A stretch of 62,249 nt of DNA, the filler included, from Dirinaria sp. TL-2023a (Eukaryota), in NCBI GenBank assembly GCA_051941275.1. It is 4 parts of 4 records of this genome, joined end to end, with 100 filler letters (N's around TTAATTAATTAA, not from the genome) between each part and the next. Parts side by side here need not be neighbours in the genome. Positions count along the whole stretch, not along the records: positions 1 to 15,512 come from JAVEBF010000542.1; positions 15,613 to 31,092 come from JAVEBF010000543.1; 2 more parts are not named here. The stretch is one strand, 5' to 3'. This document shows, piece after piece, positions 12,998 to 26,531 of this stretch (its first letter is position 1; every line of letters starts with the position of its first letter). The notes below the pieces were generated by a model, which was given only the letters and a program-made list of their open reading frames with translations, did not search any database and was not told the DNA's origin. A program made the position numbers and the translations under genes.

Positions 12998-14341
12998 CTA
13001 GTAGGCAACGCCATAAGGGTGAGGCTCAACGCTCTCAACATCAAAGTATCCAAAGCTGTAAAACCCAGTGTCATGCTTCAATGTTTCTTCCCATTTCTCC
13101 ATAGCTTCAAAGAACGCTTTCTCATTTTCTTCTTGGCTTAGGTCAATCGGTTCTTGGTCCCTGCCGATCATTCGAAGCTGAGTGCCCGCGGCCATGTTAG
13201 TGAGGGCGTAGCTGTTCTCGTCCACTCTCTGCCTGACGGCACCCTTGACGTTGCCCTTCAGAATCTCTGTGCAAAGGCGTGGTTCTTGACAAACAGGTCG
13301 TGCGAGGCCGATGCCGTCAACCGTGGTGAGAGCATTGACCATTGCACCAACCGTCTTGAAGCCGCCAGTGACATACGTTTTGGTCCTGGTCAATTCTGGC
13401 ACGATTGCCTCGGCAAAGTCAAGAAAGAAAGCCTCGCGCTTTCTGGTGCTCTCGCGCTTGTGCGAGAAGGCTAGCTCTTCGTATGTGCCGCCACTCAGCT
13501 CAACGAAGTCGAAGCGATGCGCCTCGAGGCGGACGCAGAGAGCTTTGCACTCGTCAGGGTCAAAGCCTTCGCCCTGAAATTCGACGCTGTTGATCTTGAT
13601 GCCGAGGATGAACGAAGAAGGAACACGGGCGCTGATCGCTTCGGCGATCTCGGTGATAAGGCGAGAACGGTTCTCAAGATTGCCTCCATACTCGTCGGTG
13701 CGCTTGTTCGTTGTTGGTGAGAGGAATTGCGCGAGAAGGAAACCGTGAGCAGCGTGCACCTCCATGCCGTCGAAACCTGCCTTGAACAGATACTCTGCAG
13801 TGTGTGCAAACCCGTCAACAATCCCTCGGATCTCCTCTCTGGAGGCTGCGTGGGGCTTCTCAAAGGTCATGCCCAAGATCTTGCCTTTCAATTGAATATC
13901 GCTCGCAGAGACCGGGTCCTTCTGAATTCTTGACTCGACTTGGCGTCCTGGGTGACACACTTGGACCACGATAAGGCTACCGTGGGCCTTGCTTTCAGCA
14001 GCCAGCCTGCTAAACGCTTCGAACCGTTTTCCCTCAGGCTTTGCATCTCGTGGAACGATTGCGTTACCAGCAGCCTCCAAATGGTCAAAATCTATCATGA
14101 TGTTACCTGTCAGGATCAAGCCGAGATCGCCTTCGCCCCATCGTTTGTAAAGATTGATCAATTCGTCGGTTGGAATACCGCGCGCTTCCAAATTCTGAGG
14201 ATCCCATGTCGAGAGTCGCTCCGTCATCGATGCCTTCATAAATCTATTGGGAACTGTCCGGCCACTGAACTCGAAATGCAGAGATTTGCTCAAGGGAGCA
14301 GGTGAGACATCATCTGCAGGGTAGCGTGCTGCCGGTGCCAT
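12998..14341 (-). CDS. NADH:flavin oxidoreductase / Old Yellow Enzyme family
   Basis: Motifs NRFMKASMTE, HPGRQ and AGFDGMEVHAAHGFLLAQFLSPTTNKRTDEYGG. Intronless, with likely start MAPAARYP. Confidence 0.9.
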   Translation of the reverse strand: MAPAARYPADDVSPAPLSKSLHFEFSGRTVPNRFMKASMTERLSTWDPQNLEARGIPTDELINLYKRWGEGDLGLILTGNIMIDFDHLEAAGNAIVPRDAKPEGKRFEAFSRLAAESKAHGSLIVVQVCHPGRQVESRIQKDPVSASDIQLKGKILGMTFEKPHAASREEIRGIVDGFAHTAEYLFKAGFDGMEVHAAHGFLLAQFLSPTTNKRTDEYGGNLENRSRLITEIAEAISARVPSSFILGIKINSVEFQGEGFDPDECKALCVRLEAHRFDFVELSGGTYEELAFSHKRESTRKREAFFLDFAEAIVPELTRTKTYVTGGFKTVGAMVNALTTVDGIGLARPVCQEPRLCTEILKGNVKGAVRQRVDENSYALTNMAAGTQLRMIGRDQEPIDLSQEENEKAFFEAMEKWEETLKHDTGFYSFGYFDVESVEPHPYGVAY

Positions 14342-15512
14342 GATATAGATGGATGGAAGAAATCTGAGATTTGCTGAAAGTCTCAATTTTTTGGACGAGT
14401 GGTGAACACGTAGTTCCCGAGAACAAGTCTCTATTGATATAGGCCTGCTCGGCCACGAAGGCTTCAAAGCACCCTGCGCCTTCTTAGTATCACGAGCCTG
14501 TCCAGGCACTTGTTGCATGCGCCTTTACAGCGATAATTCAGAGGATCAGCGTTCTGGTTTCCTGTATTCGACAAGATTGCGACGGCCCGGATTGCCGATG
14601 ATGCATCATCCAGCTGGGTGTGAAGATTAATTCCTTGGGGCTGATTATTAATTGCAGGTGCCCGACATGATGCTCGGAATCAATACCTGATATGTCCATT
14701 ATTTGGATGTTCTGCACATCCCCAGGCGATGGCTCTTATCGTTACTCTACAACCATTGGAATCTTGAGGCATCATCGTCGACGTCGGCACACTGCCCGAC
14801 GAGGCGTGATCAGTGATTCAGCGGCTTCTTATATCAACCACGCTATCTCTTCATCATTTCCCTGCCCCGTTCTCGACAGGACTGTCTGATAGGACCAGCA
14901 CATCGCATCGATAAACGCCTCTTAGCCCCGCCATCTTCATATTCGTCTATACTGGTTTCCAACCGCTCCAGAACTGTATCTAGGGCACTACAAGGCTGTC
15001 ATGTGCTCTTTCATCCTTGAAATTGCGTGTCTTCTTCCATGCTGTGTAACAATGCAGCCCGTTCCATGTTCTTCAATCACATCCCAGGAGAGTTTTGGGT
15101 TTCTTGGTCGGTGCGGTCAAGCGCGTTAATGAAGACAGCAATACTACAGATCGAATCTCGGGGTGGGAGCTGGCAATAGAGTCTTACAAAAGCCCTTCGT
15201 GATGGTTCCAACTTCTCTGAAAGCGCAGATCCGACGCTCTTTTCAGGCCGAAAGACCTCGCAGACATCTTTCGAATACTGCTCGAAGAAAAGTCGATATG
15301 CACCTCGATCGATGAGATCCACCAGGAGCTCGTGGTACCCACGCCTTGAGTCATTCAGTATGCTGAGCTCTGTTACACTGTACGTTCGTTCGGAATTCAG
15401 CGACCGGATTTGGTGAGATCAGGATTATAGCTCTCATCATCTTCTAGAGTGAAATCGGCGTTCCGCGGGCCGACTAAGGGATCTTTGCCAGAGCCATATG
15501 ATGGTACGAGCA

Positions 15513-15612
15513 NNNNNNNNNNNNNNNNNNNNNNNNNNNNNNNNNNNNNNNNNNNNTTAATTAATTAANNNNNNNNNNNNNNNNNNNNNNNNNNNNNNNN
15601 NNNNNNNNNNNN
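15513..15612. other. Artificial contig linker N44-TTAATTAATTAA-N44
   Basis: 100-bp N block with a central six-frame stop cassette. Confidence 0.97.
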
Positions 15613-15729
15613 AGATCTTAGGAAATGTTTATGTGTTTGTGTATGTGGTGGCTTGGGAGGTGACAGCCCGATTCTCTATACCAATGACCCATTTCATTGA
15701 ACTCAACAGTGTCCTTCTCAGCTGATTGA

Positions 15730-17884
15730 TTAGAAACCATTCGTCTGAAAACTCGTCACATCCCACCCATTCACAAGACTATACTCCCCCTCCCCCGTCG
15801 TGCCATGCAGAACCCTATAATTGCGTTCCAGGGTACAATTGCCTCCTTCCACAACACACCCTGCAACACTCTCCCCCACCGCCCTTCCCTCAAACCACGC
15901 CCCGTGCAAAAAGCCAAAATACTCCGAACTCGTCGCCTCGCCCGCGAACCAGAGCCGGCCGGCAACGTTGGCGCGCAGGTTCTGGTGCATCTCCAAACTC
16001 GTCCCCGGCGGCCAGTTGGAGTAGCTGCCGTAGGCCCAGGGCTCGAGGCTCCAGCGAGGATACATGAAGGCGGTGGGTTGGGGCACTTGGGTGGGGCCGT
16101 ACATGCGGCGCAGGACGGCGAGGACTTCTTCTTTGGTTTGCTCGTCGTTGTTGTTCTGCGATTCCGCGCGGTGGCTCTGCGATTGGACGACGGTGACGAA
16201 GAGGATGCCCGAGCCCGGCAGGAAGCCCGGCCCGTCCAGGGATTGGAAGACCGGGTAGTACCCCCGTTCGTGCGGGTCGGCGTAGAGGAAGAATTGGGTG
16301 GATGTGTTCCAGAATACTTGGTCTGGTGGGAATTGGAGGAAGATTTTCGTGTAGGTGCCCATTGCGAAGGCGGAGATGCCTTCTTGTTTCCAGGATGGTA
16401 AGGGGGGAGAAAATGTTACTGCGTCGTTTTGCAGGACCCCGAGCCTGTGGTTGGAGTAAGTACGGAATTGGGAATCGATTGGAAAAGTGCACGCATTAAA
16501 TATGCGATTTTTAACAATAGCATTAACAAATGAGCTAGAGGCGCTGAGTTGCTGGGCTTGCGGTGGACATCATTCCGAAAGCCTTCAGAAAGGCAAGTCG
16601 ATAAGGGTACATCTTGAAAGCAAAATAAAGTGGTTACTAACGAAAAGGTGCAGATGGCGTGCTCTGCTTCAATGCAGCTACCATCCTGGTTATAGATAGT
16701 TACACCGGTGTCACTGTACGATATGTTTGTGACGATCGTATTCAGAATCAGTCGTGGGTCTTCATTCTTCAAGAAAGTCGAAGCTTCGCCTTTGATGAAA
16801 GCGTTGAATCCTCTTTGATCAAAGACATAATTATTCTCATCGCTGAATTGATAGAAAGTAGTGTTCTGAAGGAGTCAGCGGAATATGTGATGGGATGTAA
16901 TGATCACACACATAATTTACGATGGAAAACTCCTGAGAGCCTTGCTCCTGTCACCAAAATAAGCCTATGTCTTCACGATTTGGTTCAATACTTACTGGGA
17001 CAAACGCGTATTCCCAGTCGTACTCCCACCACTCAACGGCCTGCTGTGCTTTGTTCTGGCGTGGCTTCCAACCTGCCAGACTCAGACCCGATCGAAAGCT
17101 CCGATCTTGGAGGTTCTCGGTAATCATATAGCCAGCATCTTGCTCTACGGTTGAGTATGCATCTTCGTACTCATCTAGTAAATACGTAAAGTTAACGGCA
17201 CCAGTCTCGTTGAACGTTTCGATCGAATCATAGTCCGAGTATCTGAGGCCTTGTCAAATTGGGTTCCTCGAAGGCTGAGGACTGGCTCACGTGTTGGTCA
17301 GATTGTACTTTTTAGCCTACCATAAGGAATTAGATACTTGATCTGTTGAGAATGTTGCTGTTTCCAAGCCTCACCAATGTCCAGATTGGGTTCTCAGGCC
17401 CGCCAGGTACTCCTAGGCCTTGGACCTACAAAAACAAGGCCATGATTAGGCAAAAGACAAGGTGTGGCGTTTGCCAGGACATCGTTCATGGCTGACCCAG
17501 TTGGCACCCAATTCCACCACATACGGAGTACCATCTGGTTTGGCCCCGAAGGTGGTGTGCGCAACTCTACCACCAATGTCACCTTGGTATTCAACAATGA
17601 CAAAGTCGTCCACTGATGCATTTGACAATGCTTGCTAGCCCGGCTTTAGCTACGTCCTTGATGGGCGGAGATCTCATCAATTCACTAACTGCTGCTGTAA
17701 TGCCTGCTGTTCCAGCACCGCTAGTAGCCTCGATTTTAGCATTTACAATAGGATCAAGAGGGGAAAACACCAACAGCACGGCGACCTTGGTTTTTTGGCA
17801 TTGAGAAGAACGCGGCAGAACCATAGCACTACTATTTCTAAAGAAAAGCACGAGAACAGTGAGGCACATTAATGGGAATCGCAT
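15730..17884 (-). CDS. Flavin-containing polyamine oxidase with predicted signal peptide, multi-exon
   Basis: Hydrophobic N-terminus MRFPLMCLTVLVLFF, KVAVL/GAGTAGITAA dinucleotide motif, EYQGDIGGRV, VELGANWV, MGTYTKIFLQF, and C-terminal WFAGEATS...GFLHGAWFEG. Several GT-AG introns. Confidence 0.88.
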
Positions 17885-20536
17885 AGAGGATGAGGAATGC
17901 ATTGTGCATTCGACTTTCGAATAGATGCAAGAGCAAGATGTCTTGTTACAATGGAAACGAAGATGGAAATTTGAGCTCACACCCAAGATAATCTTCTCGA
18001 GCTTCAGCAGAAGCTTTCGGTAAGGCAAGCCGCTGGTTCGGATTTGCCGAGTCAGATGGTCAAGATGCGTCCTACCTTACATCAAGGTATTGCCGTTTTG
18101 TAGACTGTGCTAAGGTACACTACGAAGATCGAGGCCATTCTGTACCTTAGATCCTGGCTAGCGCCATGTACGCCAAGATGAGGTTGTCTAGATGACTACA
18201 GATGGGCTTTGGCGGGCACAGGTCCCACTTAGGTAGCAATCTGGCTAATCCAGGTGGTAAGCCTGGGCAGCCCTCCGGGCAGCTTTCAGTTGATCACACC
18301 AGTGGCCTGGCCGCGCTAGCCAGGATTTATGGCGTCGACCTCCCGCAGTACATTGAAGTACCCTCGCTTTCTAAGGGCTTCATACCCTCGCTTACAAGCC
18401 AGACAGAATAAGGCAGGAGCTTGGAGTGCGGCAGGCGGCGAGTCCGAGTACGAGGACGATAACGCTTAATTAGTAAGGCACCTTGAACGTCAAAGATATG
18501 GTAGGCTAATTGAAACCGATACAGGAACGGGTAAGGCATACTTGCGTCAGGGCTCGCTTCCGCCGCTCGAGGCACTCTATAGTCAAGGACGCCAGGAACC
18601 CTCGTCCAGGGAAACAATAAAAATGATAAGGGACGCAAATTTTCCCGATAGAGCCTGCAGACCCTCAAAGATACAGTACGTAGTAGTCAGGAAAGGCTGG
18701 CAGCAGCGAGGTAACAGAGCCTTTGCAGACGCTTCCGCTCCTCCCCTCCACCAACAGGCGACATTGCACAAAAACCCGGAATCCGGGGATCAGGGAAAAT
18801 TACCGTTTATGGCGTGAACCGGTGGGGTTACCATGCAAAGGATGGCGGATTCTGAGATAAGGAGTGAGGGGAATCGAATTAGCTTAAGCAAGGCGCTTGC
18901 TTCTGCGCCTCGAATCCTGCGCGGCACCGTGGAAAGTAGTGGGTGGGCAGCGTCTAGAAGGAAGGAGGGAGGAAGGTCTCTTCTTGATACATTGACTGCA
19001 TCATGATCCATTGCATTTGCCAGCAGATTGCCAAGATCATGGAAAATGAAGAGGCGGAGTAAGAGGTCTCGAAGAGGAGATGCTGTCGAGCGCTGAGGAA
19101 ACGATCGGATGATGATCACTCAGCGAGCGAAGCCCAAAGAGGCATGATGAGATGCCAAGACTTCGAATCCCGAGTGCTGATCTTAGTCAGAATATTGATG
19201 ACTCATCGGGTCCCTGTTTTCAATTTACATGATCTCCCACTCCATCACGCGATCATGAAACATCCCCCAAGGGTTTCATCGACCAGCGGTGCGGCTGTGC
19301 CACAGAGGCTGATGCCTTCCTTTTCGCACGGCCTGTGTACACTCTACTCGGAACACGGCGCTCTTTGCACTGCTTCGTCTCGGTATGTTCCAGTAGTCTA
19401 TTCCTTCTCCCCCCCCAACGCCCACTCGCCGTGCTCGGTCCGACGCTCGAAGGATGCGAATGCATGAACATCCAGGGATCCTCGCTCTCGCAACGAGGCT
19501 TTGGCCACGAGAAATCTCTTCTCTGGAGCTGTGAACGGGAGCCGGTCGCCGGCCAAAGAATCTACCGGGGTCGCTATGAGGTCTCATCCGTCTTTCACAG
19601 CCTCGCCGCTCGCCTTTAATTTTGGCTGTTTGGGGAAAGATGAGCGAAGCCCGGTGCAGCGCTGACGCAGCGCTGATGCAGGTACCGAAGTAAACGGTTT
19701 GATCGGATTATTGAGATCGCCCCCATTGCCAGAGTCGAGGTGTGGGATACTGGGATTGCGCGTGCATCCTGCTGGGGTGGCTAGTTGGCTACATACCGCT
19801 GACCACTGTGCATAAGCTTATTCGTTTCATGGTTTTGCTTTCTTGTACGAGCTGATCTCAGATCGGTGCGCGTGCTGACCGCTCTTCGAACGTTAAGATA
19901 TGGGGGATTTGCGTGTGTCACTATGATGACTGTGGAATCCAAGGGGCGGTCATGTTGATGCTTGGACCACATGAATGTTCAATGCCGACAGAGTAATCTT
20001 ACCTTAAGGTAAGATATCGTCGTTGGTGAGTGAGCGCTGACTAAGGTACCTATGTAAGTACTGCGGTCAGGTGCCTGTCATGGCTTGGCAGGCTCGCAGG
20101 GTATTTGTGCTCGTACGTAAAACTGTCATCTTCAGGCTTCCACTTGACAAATGCGCAACCTGATACGTGAAGGATCATGTTCAAGTAAATCGCTTCCAGG
20201 CCTAAAATATAAGCTGTGTACGTCCAGCTATTTTAATACATACACCGAGAAAAAAAAATAACAAATTTGACGCCGGGGCTATGCAAAACCACGCTTGAAC
20301 GCCTGATTCTCACGGTTCGAGGATAATCCATGCAATTTTCGAGCCGGGGTAATAATTGTAAAAAATCCTTTGATCCGTAAATTGGAATCAAATGTAAGCT
20401 CCAGTAAGATGAAGTTCGATGACTCAGATGTGTCGAGAAGTACCAGATTTCTTGTTCAGGGGAGGGCAAGGGTCCTATAGAGGTGGTAGGATCGACGCAG
20501 CGTAGGAGGATCATGTCGGACATTCAGGACTTCCCT

Positions 20537-21691
20537 TCACAGCGTCCTCGACATTGGACTGCGACTATGGCTCAGAGTAGATTCCACGGGGCTGACAGTG
20601 TCCCATGGATCTGGGAGGAAGTTGTGATGTGGCTGGACAGGTACTCGTCCTGGGTGTATCTCCTCCCATTTTCGGGCACAATACTTCGCGGGCCAACGTT
20701 CTGATGCACCGAAGTCAAGCATCTAGACTTGAGTTAGCCTGGAGAACTTCTGCGAGGTTTGGGTTTCAACCTGCCTTTGCGGCAATGATGTCGAACTGGA
20801 ATTTCTCCCAGTAGTCGTATGCTTGCTCGAGCGCTTGAACCTACTATCAGCGTCAGAACCCACACGTTATGTAGATCATATAGAAAGAAAGGCACGCACA
20901 TCAGTCTCAGTCCAGCTCCGCATACGCTCTCGCAGTCTCTTAAATCGCATCTGCAGTGCTGGTACCTGGTACGATTTACCGAGATCTGTCTGGAAACGAG
21001 TGGCAATGTCCTTCCAAGGGAGATTCTCCTCCTCCTTGAGCTTGAGAAGCAGCTGTTCTTCTTCGTTGAGCTCGAGTGGACCAGCTTGAGATGGTGTTCG
21101 CTTTCGTTTCTTTTGGATAAAGTCGGAGTGCTCCTCGTCCTCTCGCAGACGCTTCAGAGCGTTCATCTGCCGTACCCCCGCTGGATCTGGAGCAATAGGA
21201 ATTGGAGCTGCTCGGTTCGGTGATGCATTTGGATTTGTGGCAAGAGAGAAATCAGATGGGAGGTACGGGCTGTGAGCTTTCTGGGACATTGCGGCTGGTG
21301 ACATTGAGTAAAGTGGATTAGGGTACCCTTCATCGCCCTTGATCCGGAAAGGGTTCTCTGGGAAAAGGAGATCCTCCACATTAGGGCCAAAAGTACTCGG
21401 GCTACTTTTGGGTCGTGCGTAGTTCATCGCATGTCCGGGAAGCGGCGAGAGTTCGATGGGCGGTGGGATGGTCGGTGCTGAATAGGCGTTCTCATACTCG
21501 CTTGGATGCAATGCCGCCTGCATTTTGAATGAATACACAGCGCCTTCGACGGCGGTAGGGTGAGCAGTTGCAGAACCACTTACGATGTTCGAGGGGTTCC
21601 AGTCCGGCTCGGAGAAGGGAAGACTATTCATGATATGATTTGGGTAGAGAACCTCTACACCAGCACCACCGTAGATGTGGTCCGAAGGCAT
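20537..21691 (-). CDS. Myb/SANT-like DNA-binding domain protein
   Basis: EEEQLLLKLKEEENLPWKDIATRF...LQMRFKRLRE, then after two introns WTETDVQALEQAYDYWEKFQFDIIAAK/MLDFG...CARKWEEI (two Myb-like repeats). NLS-like KKRKR. Confidence 0.8.
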
Positions 21692-24567
21692 AAGGCAGTA
21701 GGTAGAGACGGAGGAAGCGTAATGTACTCGGCAAAATTAAAGGATCTGGATCCCAGCCCAAGTCGACAGGTGGTCAAACCCTATGAAAAGAATTTCCATG
21801 CGCTGAGGCTGAACCCCCAAACGAGATAAGTGGTCAGAAGTGGTCAGAAGTGGTCCGGGCGTCCACGTGCATTCAGGTTCACCTCCAGGTCAGATCAGGT
21901 CTGAACGACGGAAAGAACGTGGAGTAATATGCAGGAACCGGAGGCTGAGCGTGATGGTGTCCAGAGTAATTGGTGATGCGTGTTTATAAGAAAGGTACAA
22001 GTTACAACGCCGGCAACCCGGACTGTGCCAGCTGCTGCGGACTGGTCGTTGATTCTTCGAAGATGCGGTGCGTCGCAGCTAGACTGATATATGGATAATC
22101 GCAATCAAGACCATCGTGGTTAGTGTGCTTAGCGTATAGCTGGGCTGGGGGCGTTTCAGAAAAAACCACTTTAAGAGCCATTTAGCGTTGGCTTCGCTGT
22201 GCCATAACTTTGGGTCCCCTCGGTCATGGCTTTGCACGAGGCTAAAAGCTGCGGAGGATGAGACAGAGATAGTACTACTACTGGCTATATTCTATGCCAG
22301 GAAGTGCGTGGAAGAAATGCCTTTTTACTCAGATATCTCATCCATATATTTGTACTCCCTGCACACTGGCACCGAAAGAGATACAGATAAGCCAGCAAGG
22401 AAAATACGTAAGCGCCGTTGGAGGTTAATATAGTACGTAAACGCTGAAGCCACCTCTAGACCTGCCGTAATCCGCTATCGGATCCTACCGTGGGTTCAAC
22501 ACGAGCGATCCGCCCACTGGCAGTCGCCATTTCCGGAAGGTAGTGACAGTTTTGGCGTGCTCTGTGCTGTCAGTAATCCTATAGTCAACTTAGATACCTC
22601 CTCAGAAGCCACAGGCATCAGTATTACGATGGTAACTCGGATCCCGCAACATGCTCCAGCATTGGCTGAAGCAGCTGAAATCGGCCAAGTCCAAAAGAGG
22701 TCGGAGTTACCGCAGGCTATAGAAGGACATGGAAATAGCTCCTGCCCATATCCACAGACCTCATATTACATGTATGCTGTAGCATGGTTGAGGCAGTCGC
22801 TCGCTCGCTCAAGGGTGATATGTCTGGCCAACCAGAGTCCCAAGACGAAGGACTGTTCGCCTCGCTTGAACGGAGCATAAGGTAAGATAGTCTCGACTTC
22901 TTAGAATGCATCTTCACGAGGATGCCTCACCAGAGGTCAGGCTGCATGAGCCTGCAGGTCGACTCGGTCTTCGCGAGGTAACATCAAGGCGCCGCTCGTT
23001 GATGCTGTTCTTGACCGCATAGTTTACAGAGATTTCTTTGCTGATCAAACAGCTACCCGGAAGTGGGGGTGACCGAGCTCGTCACGCGCGGGCACGGTGC
23101 ACTTAGCGGCCATCATCAGCTCAGCTCAGGTCAGGTAGTAGTGTATTTGGATCCGGGCATAAGGCGAACCCGGAAAAGCTCCTTGGGTGCATAGCGTCTC
23201 TTTCAGAAAGCATCGCTTGGCTGGATTTGGGATAGAGATCGCTTTCGTTGGCCTGAACGTGGTACGGTCGATCGTTAGCTGCAGGCTTGACGGTGAGTGG
23301 GAGGGATTGAGCAAAAAGTAGGGTTTCGCAAGATGCCTTTTGGACGCCACTAAGTGACTAGACGCTTCGGGCCCTTCAAAGATCGACCGGGTCTGGGTGC
23401 TGGCGTCTACTACTGAGGAAAGAGTGGTTTAGCTAAAACGGTTCTCACCCGCGCAGTGGTAACATCACCTTCTACCTTCAACTGCGTAATCATCGAGACA
23501 GCTGCTTTTGGCAAGACAGCAGCGCTTAGCACGGTAAGGGAATGTCGTTCGGACCTCGGACAGAATGATGGAAGGCATTGATGATTCACTTAGAATGGGG
23601 AGATGTGGGGCATAAGCCACATACGCTCACGAGGTACAGCTTCCATTAGACTTACGGTAGACTTAGCATAGGATACAGTAATATTAATTAAAAAGGATTG
23701 AAAGCCAAGAATCAGCGCCCATTTTGAGTTTGTTTTTAGACTTTTACACGTGTACCCCCCTCGGGTCTCCCTCCCTTGCTAGTTGTGTGTATGTATGTAC
23801 TCCGTACCTGACCTGACCTGACCTTTAGGTAAGGTACCTACCTTACTTACTACTGTAGGTAGGTACGAGTACCCGGACTTTACTCTATGCAGCCCCCTCG
23901 CGCCTATCGTTCGTTTCAAATAACGCTGTTCCCACGAGGCAACCATCAGCGAGGGCGGTGCATTATCTGAAACCGTACCTGAAAGACCATCCATCCAACC
24001 CTCTTCCCAAACTACACTCCCATACACAGTAGATCTTCGCTACTACCTTACACTACTGTCGCATCACTCTGCATAACCACGTGTTAGGCCATCGGCATTT
24101 GCATCATGGTGATGGCCACCCGGAAGATACGGGGCTGCGAATAATGCTTAGCGAGCCATGCGATTGATCTGCGAAGCCACAGAGCTCGACTCGTCCTCGT
24201 CGACCAGCCCACCTGAGGTACGGTGGAGCTGTGGATGCTGAAAGCTCTCTCCTCGGAGTAGTGTCGGCCATTTGCTGAGGGGACATCATTCTTAAAGTAC
24301 CTTACCTAAGGTATGCTCTTCGAAACAGCTACTGCCGGCGCGGCACGATTGCGTCAACGACGTTGGCGATCTAAGCTCAATAGTCATGTCGGCCTTCGAC
24401 TAGGCCAGAGCTTGGGGTCTGGCCGAAGCATAGGTAGATCTCGAAGGATGCTAAAGCGAATGCAAGTCGCTCGAAGTGTCTATTACACAGCAATACTGAG
24501 CATCGCATATTTCATGATTACAATATGAAGTAAGGTAGTAGTTCAGCCAGTCTCACAAAGTGGAGGG

Positions 24568-25669
24568 TCACTTGCTCCCGCCTCGCCATTCTGAGCCGTC
24601 TGAGAATCCTTGCTCCACACGATTTGGCTGGCTTCTGGAAGAGGAAACATCATCGTGTTCCTCATCTGCCAACCCTTCCAGAAAAGGTGCCCGTTCGTCT
24701 GGCTTTCCACCCGGAGACTGGCCTTGGTCCAAGACTTGGTCGTCTGCAGATATTGAGATGCCTCTTGTGCCCCATTCGCCTCTCACTTTGGATGCACCGC
24801 CTCGCGTTCTGCCTTGCGATTCCCCTCTTTCTTCGTCCAAACTGTCACCACTCCGTCCCAATATACGACTGACCAGCCATCCACGACTGAGATCTTCAGA
24901 GTCTACCACACCGCCATTCCGTAGTTTGACTCGCTGTCTGGTCCAATAGACCCACGCAAAGTCAACGTAGAAGGCCGTTTGCACAATGCCAAAGATAACA
25001 ACGATTGGATCGAAGAAACGCTCCTGCGCACCACGAAGAATCCAATTCAAGATATAGAAAGCTCGATAGGAGCCTAGAGTCACAAGATAGAAGGAGTCTA
25101 TCACGGTAGGTACCGTCGTTTGCCGCAGCAGAAGGAGCTGGGGCAGGACGCAGACCGATTCAAGGATGATAGAGAAAGCCCACAGAATCTTCACTCTGTT
25201 AGCTCATAAAATCGCTGTACACTGCTGCCAGCCTACCTCGAAGAAGTTGGTTGCTTTGCCTTGGAATATGAGCGTGACGAAGGGTGCAGCAACCAAGGCC
25301 CCAGCGAAACAGATACCGCCAAACTTCCAGGCTTTTTCTCTTTCTCTTGTTCGCGGGAAAATCCTCAGCATAGCAAGCACAATGTAGAGCGAAGAGAGAA
25401 TGTAGAAGAGTTTCAGGACAAAGTTCCACCATGATACCGTCGGGGAGACCCAGAACAGGTCCAGATAGCGTGTAAGAAAGACGGCAGCGTAAAGCATTTG
25501 GGTTATCAACGAGACGCCTGAGGAGAAGATGATCAGCGCTGCTCTACAGATTTTCTCTGTTGGATATACCTTCCGCGCTTTGGTTGGTGTGAATCGCCCA
25601 TATCAGTATACATTTGGACGCTGTATGGGAAAGGTCCCCCAGGATGCGGAAGATGTTCATCGTGACCAT
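24568..25669 (-). CDS. ERD2: ER lumen protein-retaining (HDEL/KDEL) receptor family protein with long C-terminal tail
   Basis: Motifs MNIFRILGDLSH, GVSLITQMLY..VFLTRYLDLF, LWAFSIILESVCVLPQL and YRAFYILNWI. Two introns. Confidence 0.9.
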
Positions 25670-26531
25670 ATTAAACTCCCTTGCACTCTGCACACGGTTC
25701 CCACGCCAAAAGGTTTGCTTAGAGCGATTGACCTGATTTCGACCCAACGGTAGTCTAGCTTCAGCTCAGTGGAAGCTGCGCAACAGGCAGCAAGGTTGCG
25801 TTGGGGACGTTCGATGTGCTCGACGCCTGCTCACACAGGGTCTCGTTAGAACATGGACGTATCACTGAGCAGTGGGCTCCATAGTTCCAAGAATCTATGA
25901 TCCAGCTTTTGAGAGTTTGCGAACAGTGAGGGTTCATAAGACGGTGTGATAGGTATGATAAGGTACGAAGACTGCACATGACCTGTTTGAGAAGGGTCTG
26001 GGGTGTGTATCGTACGAGTACGGAGGTCGACACCATAAGTCCTGGCTAGCGCGGTCAATGCTACAGGTGGGGTCAACTGAAAGTCGCCTGGGAGACTACC
26101 TAATATTATCACCCGAGCCTTCCAATTTGTTACCTAGGCATTGCAAAGTCTACCTGTAGTCACCTGGACGACTGGTCTTGGCGTACATGACGCTAGCCAG
26201 GAATTATGGTGTCGTCCTCCGTACCTTAGGTACTCCGTACGACGGGAGTGCTCGTACAAACCGCAGCTTAGCCGCATATGCTCAGAATTGACCACCTCAT
26301 GCGGGAAATTGCCATGGACGCCTTTCGGGAGTTCGCCAATTATTACCTGACTTCAATCATTTACTGGTAGTCGAGCTCGAACATACCAATTATTGTCCAC
26401 ACGTAATTGGGCACTTCAGGAATTGAAGATCTCGGTATTCTGATCTAGGTCAAAGACCTGGTCGGGCCGTCCGAAACTCTACGACTCCGCCGCCTCGCCA
26501 CAAAAGCCGAGCACACTATCTGATCACTATC

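Noticed and set aside
14950..15512. Possible gene remnant on the minus strand at the end of contig 1
   Set aside because: Short coding-like frames are interrupted by stops and frameshifts with no recognisable motif, so it cannot be supported.
15557..15568. TTAATTAATTAA as a transposon target site or biological repeat
   Set aside because: It is centred in N-runs, identical in three places, and is a six-frame stop spacer.
11552..17884. A 'flavin cluster' of RIB1, OYE and polyamine oxidase
   Set aside because: The polyamine oxidase lies across the artificial linker at 15513.
18030..20200. Short ORFs in long intergenic regions (also 21900-24500)
   Set aside because: No motifs, codon bias or consistent splice structure seen.
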